A stretch of DNA of 38,094 bases from Phoronis australis. Its lineage: Eukaryota; Animalia; Phoronida. Position numbers and translations under genes: made by a program. The stretch is taken from contig NMRA01000240.1 of the NCBI GenBank assembly GCA_002633005.1, positions 573,630 to 611,723 on the forward strand, given 5' to 3'. Of the stretch, positions 12,901-26,200 are shown piece by piece. The notes under the pieces are model-generated. The model made no database searches. It saw nothing but the letters and a program-made list of their open reading frames with translations, and was not told the DNA's origin. Within the stretch, counting starts at the first letter, position 1; each line of letters starts with the position of its first letter.

Positions 12901-15900
12901 ACATGTGGAACAGAACCATATGCATTTGCCATATCGAGCCATACCATAGACAGGTTCTTCTTGGCCTTCTTTGCTCGTTGTATGAGTTGACTAATTATGG
13001 AATTATGTTCCAGACATCCAGAAAAACCTGGCACCCCGCCTTTCTGTGATGACGTGTCGATGAACTTACTCTTGATCATAAAGTCAGTCATTCTGCTGGA
13101 TATAATGGCTAAGTAGATCTTTCCCTCTACGCTGAGCAGTGAAATGGGTCGAAACTGGCCAATCTGCTTCGAGTTTTCTTCCTTCGGGACGTAGACTCCT
13201 TCAGCTCGCCCCCACTGGTCTGGAACAAAGCCTTTCCTCCAGAGAACCTTAAACAGCTTCCAGAGTCTATCACGCAACTTGGGACAATTCTTATAGATTA
13301 TGTAGGAAATACCGCTTGGACCATTACTGTCACTCACAAGTGTCAGGGATATAGTGCACATAATGTACAGCAAAAATTTTTCAGTTTGGGACAGAATATT
13401 GCGGACAAGTGAGATTTCATTTTGTCAAAATTTTCAACAAAAACAACTTTTCAGGAAAATTTACTTTGCTTTTAGCATGGTTTGTATGGCGTAGCAATTA
13501 TCAAACAACATGCAAAATTTTCAGCATTTACAACATTGTGGCAGTCATCTGAAAAACAGAAATAGCAGTTCATTTCGAAGAAACAATTTCAAAAAAATAA
13601 GTAAGAAGTGGATAATTAAACAAAATGCGTCTGAGCTCAATTCCAACCACAGTATGAACAAAGAAAACACAAGTGTTCAAGTGGCTGCAAACCTGCCTTC
13701 CACAGCGGAAAAAACCCTTTGATTTAGACTCACCGTTGTGAAAGTTGGTCTAAAACTGTTCTTTTGTCAAAATAAGTGTGATTTATGAATTTATTGCCCA
13801 AGACCAGAAACTACAAGTAGATGTTGACTTATTATGTGGTGTTATTCATGAACTGTAGTCTTCCTAGGCCATGAATCACTTGTTACGTGGTGTTATTCCT
13901 CAACTGTAGTCTTGCAAGGTCACGAATCATTTATTACGTAGTGTTATTCACCAAGTGTGGTCTTGCAATGTCACGAATCACTTGTTACATGGTGTTATTC
14001 ACCAAGTGTAGTCTTGTAAGGCCACGAATCACTTGTTACGTGGTGGTATTCACCAACTTGAGTCTTGCAAAGCCATGATTTACTTGCCATCTCAGTAAGG
14101 ACTTGCTGCAGTGGCGCAGTGAAAATGAGAGGTCAGTGGAGGTGATAAAATCAAACGAATTTCATGTATTCTGCTAGTATTTCGCAAAATTTCAACTTAA
14201 CAAAATTAATAATTTACTCCTTAGCGAAATCACTAAACGTTATATTTGAATGATAAAATTTTATTTGGTGAACAATTTGTAGAGTGTTCATCTTTGACTT
14301 TATATTACTGTACCTTAATGTGTCTCTTTAAACCTTCATCAGCAGCATGCATGGATGAGAGTTCCTGTATTTTGTTCTGGTTCTAAATGAGTAAGGAGTG
14401 ACTAACCTGCCTGTTTAGTGTTTTATTCTCAGTCATCCAGTTACAAATGACATAAGAATTCGGTGCAATCGGAATTTAGCTCCAGAAAATACCACAGCAA
14501 TATTATCATTCCAAGCACAGGTTATGATTGGTAACAATAGATTATTCATTGAATGACAGTAAACACAAACTACATTTTAACTAGCTTAAAAGTGTTAAAT
14601 GGTACGCAACATGAAAGCATACTTTGCAAACTCTTGAGATTCCAATTTCTCTTCAAAAACAAATTTGCTGGAAAAAAATTGAGCCAATGAAATGTTGTCA
14701 TTTCTGTTGTAGATTTTGAATGCAACATGGTGGCAGTCAGTGGTAAAACATTGGAGAAGAAAACTGTCCTCACCAACCATGCCAGCACATCTTATGTGGA
14801 TTGTGGGCTTATGTGCAGAAACAGATCTGAGTGCAATGCTGTGACATTTACACCTAGCCAGAATAACCTGGGATCTTGTGAATTGTATAAAAACCTTGCA
14901 CCATTAACAGAGAAAAAAGGAAGCACAACATTTGTCAAGTCCTGCCCAGGAGAGATTGGAGAATCAGGTGAGCTCACTTAGTAGAGAACACAACACAGAA
15001 AATATTGCTTTTGTCAAAAATGTCATTTATAGATTCTGTGGATGTGTGATGTGGTACTTTTTATGGTAAACTTTCAAAAAAGTCAGTTGACATGAACTGA
15101 AAGATCAGGTCATCTCTGTCTGGTCATCTCTGTCTGGTGTTCTCTGTCTGGTCACCTTTGTGTGGTCATCTCTGTTAGGTCATCTCTGCCAGGTCATCTC
15201 TGTCAGGTCACCTCTGTCTGGGCATCTGGTGTTTTCTGCTGCATCTCTTAAACCCCTTACAGGATTTGGCAGATGTGTTACCATGAAGTTGATGATGGAT
15301 GACTATGGGTTTCGGACTGATCTGACTAGAACACCTTTTATTATTTTGAAAAATAGCAGCTGCGTTCCTGATGAGAAGACTGTTGATGTTGATTTTGGGA
15401 CAGGTTTGAGTACTGATGCGCCTCAGTAGTGGCAGTTTGACTACTGTGGCTCCTCAGTAGTGGCAGGTTCATTTTTGTACATCTGCAGTTATCTTTTACC
15501 TTTTGCAGGATTTTTGTGAAATTCATTTGGACAGATCTGACTGCTGCTGTGATGCCAAGTGGCTATCTCATATTTTAACTTTAGCCTCTGTATCGTGGGT
15601 GTTTCTGGACAGATGTTTATGAAATTTGACAAATAAGCTTCTATTACAGAAATGACAATACCTTCCCATTTTTGGATGGACCTGGCGTACTCTGTGCTAT
15701 TTGATCTAGTGGCCATTTTTATGTTTAAATGCCACCCCTGGAAGCATATGTTTGCTGTGCAGCTGTGGGAGCATTCTTATGCTTTGCGTTGCCCTTTTTT
15801 TTTAAAACTTGCTGAAAATGATACAGGCAGGTGCTTTTTTCCTTAAATGGTGAATTGCAGGTTTCCAGGCTCAGACCAGAACCAGCTAATGCAATTTTCT

Positions 15901-18900
15901 TTGACCTTGTCAGAAGCTGATCGTGGGTTTAGTTGTGATTGAGTATGGATCAAGAGAGAAAGATTAAATCCAACAATTAATTTGTTATGATAATCACTAA
16001 TTAAAACAGTGAAACCTGTGGTTAATTAAGTACACTATATGTGAAGACGAGTAACTACACTAGTGACCTCTGTATGGAAAATTTCAATCAAACGCATGAT
16101 CTGCTTATCCAAGCTGTAGGTCTTGACACTCGTTGGATGACAGTCCTGTTGGTCGATCCTCATACTATTACATCCTGTACTGTGACAGTGTACTTGCCGC
16201 TCACAGTTTTTTATTATGCAACAGCAACTCTGTAGTGTTGCTGTACTCGCAATACACTACACTCTGCAAAGTCCTTCATTATGCAACAGCAACTCTGTAG
16301 TGTCGCTGTACTCGCAATACACTACACTCTGCAAAGTCCTTCATTATGCAACAGCAGCTCTGTAGTGTCGCTGTACTCGCAATACACTACACTCTGCAAA
16401 GTCCTTCATTATGCAACAGCAGCTCTGTAGTGTCGCTGTACTTGCAATACATTACACTCTGCAAAGTCCTTCGTTATGCAACAACACGTGTAGGCAGAAT
16501 CCGACTACCCACAATTCCTCTTTCTGGTGACAGTCCCTTGTGATGCAACATGTGTAGACAGTATCTTAATACCCACAATATAAGTGACAAGCTCTTAGTT
16601 AACCTCCTGTTCATTAAACCTTGCCCTTGCCAAGATCCTCTTTAGAATCCTCTGCGAGATGGCTCTGTTGTACTATTTCTTCAGTACAGTCTGTAGCAAG
16701 TTCTTTAGCTTCAACTACCGAAGTCCATCTGACTATTTTCCAGACTTCTGCCCATATTATAATAATGTACTTTGTTAATGACTGACTAATAAAAACCACA
16801 TGATCTTATCTAGTCATGTCATTGGCTATTACGATCTGATCTCAGAAATTTTTAGTTCGTTGACCCCGGAACCAAAGAGGTAAATTACATCTAAAACAAA
16901 ATATGTTGATATCAAAAGTACACGTAAACAAGTTTGATCCCATGGTTTTAAAAGTACCTTTGCACAAATTTTGGGCAACTTCAATGAAAATGTCTTTACT
17001 AATTACTTAATCAATATTTATTATCATGACAGTCCTCATCAGTGGCTAATCTTACCTGTTGCTTCTTTCACAAAATTTATGCTTTCGCCACCTGGTTGAA
17101 TGAAAAAATTGCACCTACTTGACAAGCGTATTGGGTGGCATTTTTGTGAAAAGAACTCCGTTTATGACATACTTGGGTATTTGGGATGACGTTCAACGCT
17201 ATCTGCAGTTCACCTGGATGGAGATTTTAGGCAGTGTGATTTCACAGCATTTTTTATACAACACATTCTTTACAATCATGAGGTTACACCAAAATGCCAC
17301 CATTAGAGGGGAGTCATGAGAGAAATGGCATTACTTTTTTTCCTTCTCTACCATGCTTTTCTTAATTGCACACCTGGGTCAAGCAATGGTCACCTCACTG
17401 CTCTCCCAATTGGCTGAAGAGTTGTATGTTGAATGTTTACTTTTACAGTATAATCAGCTTGAGGACACTAAAAGTTGCCAGACCCATGTGATCAGTGGAC
17501 CGTGTTAATAGAATCAAGATCTTGATTCTTGGTCTTAGTTCAGCAATTATAGTCTGAATTTCTTTTGAAACTTTCTCAATCTTATTTCAGATAAGCCCCC
17601 ACTAAATCCTATCATTGAACTGACTGCCACAATCTCAGAGATGTCATTGACAAGTCCCTTATTTCCCGTCGGTGTTCCAAACATGGTCATGAGTTGGCTT
17701 ATTAAGGGTATACCTACACAGGTCATAACACTCAATGTAAGTATACCTACACAGGTCATAACACTCAATGTAAGTATACCTACATAGGTCTTAACTCTCA
17801 ATGTAAATATACCTACACAGGTCATAACACTCAGTGTAAGCATACCTACACAGGTCTAAACTCTCAATGTAAGTATACCTACATAGGTCATAACAATCAA
17901 TTAAGTGTACCTACACAGGTCTTAACACTCGATGTAAGTACTGACTGATTACTTGTCATTGTATCCCAATAGTGTAGTTATATGTTGAATAATGAACTCA
18001 TGCTATACAAACTGTTTTAATCATTTGAAACTGGGTTGATATGACAAAACTAATTTCTGTTCACGGGCAAATGTTTTGTATTTCTAGTTTGTATATTTGG
18101 ATCTTGGAGATGAGGACACAATTACTATTCACAATGGTGACGATGCCAAGTCTGATCTACTGACTACACTGGATAAAAACAGTAAACCAACAACAGTCAT
18201 ATCAGCAGCAAAGGATGTTTACATATATCTGGACATGGCGAAGGAAAAGTATGGGGGAGGATTTCATGCTACTTACAAAGTTGGTAAGTTGATGATCAAT
18301 CAAAATGCCACCATGAGATTCTACTTGCTTACTGGTCCTAGTACTCACTACTTCACTAATAACTTTTTGTATGTTTTGTTTTGTTAGTAGATCATACGAG
18401 AATGTTCTAAGATGCAATGTCCATTGTATTCACCAGGCTGTAACCAGGAGTTGGATGATGTCTTGTCTGGAGAAGTCAAGTCGCCTGGATATCCAGACAT
18501 TAAATATCCAAACTTAGTGTTTTGCACCACAAAAATTGCCATCAAGGACGACCAGAATTTCACATTTCAATGTGATGATTTCTCATTAGCCGATGACCTT
18601 GATATACTTGCAGTAAGTTTTCTGATGTTTTTTATTTAGTGTAGTTATTTATGCTTGAACTTGTGTGATGTTATAGCATGTCAAACTGATAATATGTAGG
18701 TTATTTTACAGTTAAATATAATGCATTTATTTTTGTGCATCTTCTGAAAAAGTTTGTAATTATTAATTGTTTTTTTGTCGCTGTCATCCTGTCTGTCGCC
18801 CATTTTTCATTCTGCTGATTTTGATGCTGCACTTAATCAGTGAAGTGCAGGGATATTGTTGGCACATAAAATGACCAATGACACATTGTGACTGTTGAAC

Positions 18901-21900
18901 TCTGGCCAACAGGCTGGTTGATTTAAAATTATGTCGTAATCAGGTCCTATATTGGAGTGAATACTGTGTTTTGCATTCAGGTTCAAAACACTAACTGTGC
19001 AGGGCAGCATATTAAAATAAATGACTTTGTGTTAACCAAAACAACTGGATTTTTTGTGAAAAATATAGATCATAACTGGATTTTTGATTAATATGTTTGT
19101 CTAAGTTGAAATGTTGTTACCTTTTAAACCAATCGCTAATTTTCAGGTTATGTAGCTGCATTAAAGTGCCACCAAAGAAATCTTATTGATCCTCCAAATT
19201 GTCACATAAATTTAAGTCCCTATGGACTAAATGACCTGTGAAGTGATCCTGGAGATGTGTGATAGTTGTGTTCCCTAAACCCTTATTTTTCAAACAGACT
19301 TGTCTACTGATGATCATTTTAGTTTTGGTAATATGTTCTGTTTCTATTGGTTATTGTCAAAATGTTTGACAGATTTCCTGAAACACGACACATGGGTGTA
19401 CACCAGTCACTATGCTGGCAGAGTCAACTACTGAGGCTCCCATTTTTGTTGTTTGCCATTTGGGAAGTTGCACTGGGTTAACTGGCCTTCTGGTCACAGT
19501 GTTGTAGAGATGAAAGCATTGTGTGGAATATATTCCTTATGTGTCATTTGTCATATTCTGTTGTTTTTTGTGTTATCAGATACATTTTGAAAGTGTATGA
19601 CTGTATAATGACACTGTAATAGCCTTGTTTACCATTCAGGTTTACAACGGTGAGAATCAACAGTCTCCCAAACTACACACAGACAATGGCTTCACTGGTA
19701 GTGTTGTACCTGGTCCTCTTCACCTGGGACCTGATGCCTTTATTAGATTCAGAGCTGGCTCTACCAGAAACGATAAAGGATTCAAGTGTAAATTCTCTGT
19801 TGGTATGTTCATGCAAAACTTTTATTACTTTTAGCTANGAAACACGACACATGGGTGTACCCCAGTCACTATGAAACACGACACATGGGTGTACAACAGT
19901 CACTATGAAACACGACACATGGGTGTACAACAGTCACTATGAAACACGACACATGGGTGTACAACAGTCACTATGAAACACGACACATGGGTGTACACCA
20001 GTTACTATGCAGGCAGAGTCAACTACTGAGGCTCCCACAGTCATTTTTGTTGTTTGCCTTTTGGGAAGTTGTACTGGGTCAACTGGCCTTCTGGTCACAG
20101 TGTTGTAGAGATGAAAGCATTGTGTGGAATATATTCCTTATGTGTCATTTTTCATATTCTGTTGTTTTTTGCGCTATCAGATACACTTTGAAAGTGTATG
20201 ACTTTGTAATGACACTGTAATAACCTTGTTTACCATTCAGGTTTACAATGGGGAGAATCAGCAGTCTCCCAAACTACACACAGACAATGGCTTCACTGGT
20301 AGTGTTGTACCTGGTCCTCTTCACCTGGGACCTGATGCCTTTATTAGATTCAGAGCTGGCTCTACCAGAAACGATAAAGGATTCAAGTGTAAATTCTCTG
20401 TTGGTATGTGCGTGCAAAACTTTTATTACTTTTAGCTAAGTGCCAATACTTTTTCAATGAGTTTGCTTGCTAACTAAATCATATGTTGTGAAGTTTTGAT
20501 CCTCAAACAGAACCAAAGTGTCAGATACTCTTAAGACTACCATTCACACTGTAAGTCAATAAAAGTTCATTCAGATAATGTAGCTGTGCAGGTATTGGTA
20601 CTGTTAATGTCATTGTATCTGTTTACAGATTGCCCACCTTTACATCTTAATGAACACACCAATACATCATCAACTGAGTCCAATAAATACATGGCTAGCT
20701 TCTCTGTCAGTTGTCTCAGTGGTTATCAATTTAACTTGGAGGAATATATGAACAAGTCCTCTGTGAACGTGGTGTGTGAGAAGGATGGCAAATGGAATAT
20801 TGATTTGAACCGTTTTCCTCGTTGTGTTCGTGAGTACTTTTGTTTTTAGTAATACGTGATTTTTGTGACATATTCTTGGTATTTGACATTTTTATGAGCA
20901 TTTATGCTGTTTATTGTCACAGATATTAGAAACAAGGTTGAGTTTGAATGAGTCGTATCTATTTGTAGTCATATGTCATTGGCTTCACATTCATTCTGTT
21001 TCAGCCATACGTTGTGGTCCATTGCCCGTCATTAAGCATGGGTCACCAGCCAACTTGACCGATCCCAATATTGCAAACTACAAGTGTGATGTAGGCTACT
21101 CTCTGTCATCCAATATGTCCATCAAGTGTCAGTCTAATGGAAAATGGGAACAGCCGCCGACCTGTCTACGTATGTTTCTCAGAGACTCATGTTTAGTTTT
21201 TGGATGTGGTCATGCATATGATATTTTATCAACATTTGTATCATTTAATTTCTTTTGTTTTATACACAAATTTTGGCTCCTGGAAATGGCTCTGGTAGAA
21301 TGATTCAACCTAACAGTATTCTTAATAAATTCACAGTAAATACTAGACACTTGTGAAATGGCTTCGGTGTTCTGGAAAGTTGAAACTTGTGTGAGTATAG
21401 TCATTGTGCATGGTGAACGGAGGCCGTATAGTCTGGTAAAGTTTTCAATTGACACACAATTGCTGGTGAATATTCCACCTATTTTCACTTCTTACTTTTC
21501 AGCTGCCCAGTGTCCAGCACTGGGTGATCTTGATAATGGTATCAAAAATGTTACTGGCAATGAGACGGTGTTTGGTGCCCAAGTAGAGTTTCAGTGTAAC
21601 CCGGGTTATGATCTTGTTGGTATACCAAAGCTACTGTGTACATCCTCTGGATGGTCAGACCCTAAGCCAGACTGTAGAAGTAAGTAGCCCTGATTGTGAA
21701 CTTATTGTGGCTTAATAATCTAATGAGTCTGCGGTATTGAAGCTTTTGAAGCTTAACTAATTTAAAAGTAAATCTAACCTCTTTGTTGTTTGTTTTTTTT
21801 TGGAAATTCCATTTGGACTGTCTTGTATTTTAATGAAATTGTTTGGTTTATTCTTTGTGTAGTGTGTATGGTGCTTTTTATTTGTGTGCTCAGTTTTTTG

Positions 21901-23195
21901 CTGATTTGTTTTAGAGTTGCGATGTGCCATGGTGGAAGTTGAAAATGCCGTAGTAAATGCAACTGGAAATTACAGTGAATTTGGTGATGTCATCAGTATC
22001 TCATGTAAACATGGTTACCATTTGAATGGTTCATTTACTGCCACCTGTGAAGCAAACCAGACTTTCACAGCTCTACCTATTTGTGAAGGTAAGTTGATGT
22101 TGTGAAAGCCATACTCAGTGCTAACTTTCAGAACTACAATTGAGAGAATATTGGAAGTAATGTTAGGCTGTTGTTGTTGGCCTATTACAGATTGTTTAAG
22201 GACCTATCCTGTCTTGAGTTCGTTGATTTATTATTTTGACTTTGCTGCTGCATAATGTGGAGCAATGGTATTTTCATAATCTGGTGTCTGGCCAAATATG
22301 AAATGCAGAAAGTCCCATGAAACTTGCAGCATTTTTTACATTATGTAGGATCTTATTGATAAGTCTGTGAATTGAAGTTTTAAATTTATATCAATCTCCC
22401 ATTAGTTGGGTCATGTGACGTCTTCTCTGAATCAGTAAAATTTAGCAAAAAAATTCTGAAAGTTACATTCCGCACAGCACTGCAAACCCCCTGGTGGCAA
22501 CAATGTAAACTTCATTTGACATAGATGTTCAACATAAAATTTCTAAAATGTTAGTTTTGTAAATAATTCATTTTGTTTTCGTATGCAACTTTTTAAGGAA
22601 AATCAGTCCTCTTTTAATGTGGCCATATTGGGAACATCAAGTCCTCATCCCTGTCCATCCATTTGTTGTACACTTCTGTATCTCCAAAACCCCTGTTTGT
22701 GTAATTTGTAGCTACGTTCCTTTCATGGATGGGATGGCACGAACCAATTTTCAGACTGAGCCGTCTATTGTTGTTCTTCCTGGTGGCAATTTTGTTTCTT
22801 TGTGTGTGCCCCTCTCTTCGATCTTTCTTACAGACTGATGTTTATGAAATTTGTCAAATAGGTGTCTGTTAGCGAGACGGCACCACCTTCCCATTTTCAG
22901 ATTGATTTGACATGTTCACCTAGTCACCAATTTTACTATTTTGGAGCTGGGCCGATGATGGACAGGTTTGACTGTTGTGGTGCCCTCTAGTGACAGTTTT
23001 GCTTTTTTGCCCGACTTGATTTCTGCCAAGTATGATCTCTATAAATTACGTAATGTGCTTTAATTGAGAACGGTTCAGCTAATATGTAAATTTTGGCTCA
23101 AAGTCGACTACTGTGGACTGTAGTCCCCCAGTGGCACTTCTATTCTTGTTTTCATTAAAATTTGTCTTGTTACACACTCGCATGCACGCGTGCGT

Positions 23196-23259
<64 letters not shown>

Positions 23260-26200
23260 ATGTCTAGTGTGTAAAGTTACTTGATGAAATCAGATTTGAC
23301 TTGTTATCATGTAAACAACAGTACAAGCTGTTTCAGAAGGACTTGATCTAAATTGTGCCCCTTAGTGTTGTGTATTGTTTTTGTTAATGTCTTTGTTGCC
23401 CACTTCCATATCCTTGAAACTGCATGAAGAGTCATACTGATGGGTGGTAGGTGCGTTCCTGTTGAGAGAAGCATTTGTTGATCTGCCTCGCGCTGCCCCC
23501 CTCACCAGATGCTATTCTAAGTTTACTAGCATTGTTCCTTTTAGTGGCAACGTTAAAATGATTATCATCCCTTGTTGTGTTCTTGTTTGATAGCCCCTCT
23601 TGCAACAGTGATACATGTTGAAAATCATTCTAACAGCATAAAAAGAATGGTTCGTATAGCATTGCATCTGAAAGTTTCTTATGAATCTGATCAGCTATTT
23701 TTAAGTTATGGTGTTCCAAAGTCTTCCAAATTTCAGAACATTGGCTGATTAAAAGTATATACTTTCTGAAGGCCTGTACAACTTCATTTTCAGTGTTATG
23801 TCAAAATGTCATGAATGAGGTTACATGATCAAGTCTTTTTTAGTAAAATTCAGCAAAAAGAGGACAACAAAGAGTATCAATAACACTAATCAAATTTAAT
23901 TTTGTATAAATAATCAAAATAAAATCTCAAAAACAACATCGTTCACAATTAATGGAACTTTTTAATGTTTTCATTAAAAGCATAAAAGTCCTGCTTTTGA
24001 TAGCGCCTGATACAGAAGTGAAACATTTTTAAAACTATAATCCCTATGAGGATTTTTGAGATCATTACGTAAAGCATTTTAATTTAAGATATGATGTTGT
24101 GAACATAGCTTAATTTGGAGATTTCTCTAGTGTCCTACATAACACTAACACCTAATTACCTTGTTCTTATGAGTGCTTCTGTTGCTCTTGTGTTGCCTTT
24201 CATTGTTTCCTTGTATTTTGTAGATGTCAATGAATGCTTGAATGACAGTACTTGTGACCAACACTGCAAAAACTCTGATGGTAGCTTCCAGTGTTCATGT
24301 GACCCTGGATATAATCTAAATGGGACAAACTGTATTGGTAAGTGAAGTCTGATAAAGAGACATAAGAATAATCCATGTTATATAAAATCATTCTCTTATG
24401 AGGACTTATCAATCTGAATGCCATTTTGTATCTCACACTAGTTGAAGTGTGTTGGAGTTAAGTTTCAAACTGTTTTTTCAGACATTAATGAGTGTGAAGG
24501 TGAGCACCACTGTGATGAGGTGTGTCACAACAGTGCAGGTAGTTACTCCTGTTCCTGTAACTCTACTGGTCATGTTCTCTATGCCTTTGATGGGATGGAG
24601 GGGTTCAATGTACCTGATTCTGAGACAGGTTTACTGCCTGGTGACAAGTATTACATCAACCATACCTGCGTTCGTAAGTACAAAACATGATTAGATAAGC
24701 TTGTTTGTTGAGTTGACGTCCTTTTATGCACCCACATGTCTATATGCGCCCTGTGTCAAACCAGACCACTCTAAGGATTGTTGGGGGCATTGGCATGTGT
24801 GTTCCTAATGTGAAGCGAAAGCCTGACGATGATTTTCCGATGACTTTATCTACTTTGGCGCCTCTTAGTGGCAGTTATGTTTTTTGTGCTAATAGCCTCT
24901 TAGTGGCAATTTCATTTTTTGTTTTCCTCTGTTTTCTCAGATCTTCCTTCACTGATTTTTATGTAATTTCAGTGGTAAATAGCTTTGATGACACATACAA
25001 GTTTTTGGATGGATTCAACATATTTTGTGCCATATAAATGATATTTTTATGTTCCAAATAATTACCCCAAGAAGCACACCATTTGCAATGCATTCGTTGG
25101 GTGCATTTCAGCGCTCCGCATTGCTCTTCTTATAATGTGTAAAATGTTCTTTGAAGTCATCATCTTATGCAACAATGAAAGGTTGCGTCAGTGTTTATTG
25201 TGTTTTTGAAATATGACGTTTTCAGTAGATGTGCTGCTTAAAAGATTTTTTATAAAACTTTGGCCAAAAGCTAAATAAATGTAATTAATATCTTTGGGAT
25301 AAAATATGAGTAATAAGTTTCTATAAATCATGATTACATTCACACGTGATGTTGTTTTTCAGCTAAGCAGTGTCCAAGTACTCTGGACATGAAGGTTGGT
25401 GCTGTTTATCAGGTTGTTACTAATGGACAAAAGGTGTTCCACTATGGTGACAATGTGACTTACATGTGCAACCTTGGATATATAAACAATGCTTCTAGTA
25501 GCGTCATAACATGCCAACATGATGGAAACTGGTCTTCTCAGATATCCTGTATAGGTAAGTCTTTTATGTAATAATTGAAATGACTGCATTAATAATGAAG
25601 CCGGTCTGCTTTGTTATGAGACAGTGGCACACAATGCAGGCTCTTTTCAGCTGAGTTGGACATGACATAAAGTAAGTCACAATATGGGGATTTAGGCAGG
25701 TTATCAGGAGATTGAGTATGAAGTGGTAAATTTTGGTTGAATCATTGGTTCACCTGTTATGCGTCGAATATCAGCCTATTCACTTGTAATGCATGGCGAT
25801 GTTTGTGTGTCAAAGATCACACTATTCAATTGTAATGGATGACGATATCTCTCTAAACATTGTGGGACCTTATGGAATGCAGCCTAGCTTACATAGACAA
25901 ATAAGAACTCAAATGGCATGAATCTTATTTCAGCTGCACAATGTGATGGTGTTCCTCCAAAGCCTAGTGAGTATACTCTGTCCAAGACTGGATTAATTGG
26001 TTACAAGGAGACATTGAATATCACCTGCTCTAAGGACCGTCCTGTGCCATTGATCAAGACGTTGACTTGTGGATATGATGCTATGACAGACTCTTATGTC
26101 TTAATGGGAGGAACTAAAGACTGTGTAAATAGTAAGTCTTTTTTGAATTAAGACTTACGTTTTGTACACTGAATTTTCCAATCTTAATGTAGGCGCAGGT

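Larger units (their letters stand above)
10836..13323 (-). mobile_element. 5'-truncated Hero-like (R2-group) non-LTR retrotransposon, antisense within an intron
   Basis: RT motifs [45 protein letters not shown]; CCHC (CIQC...LEHILSSC), RHN, and RLE motif RPDLVI...IELTIPWE. Homology starts mid 'PGPSG'. Candidate 5-bp TSD TTACT at 10831-10835 and 13324-13328. Confidence 0.9.

Noticed and set aside
13324-13373. TTG start and '[17 protein letters not shown]' N-terminus of the RT ORF
   Set aside because: Lies outside the 5' truncation point; chance open frame in host intron
14433-14520. Possible small exon before the PAN exon
   Set aside because: No stop-free phase 1-1 reading between the AG and GT candidates
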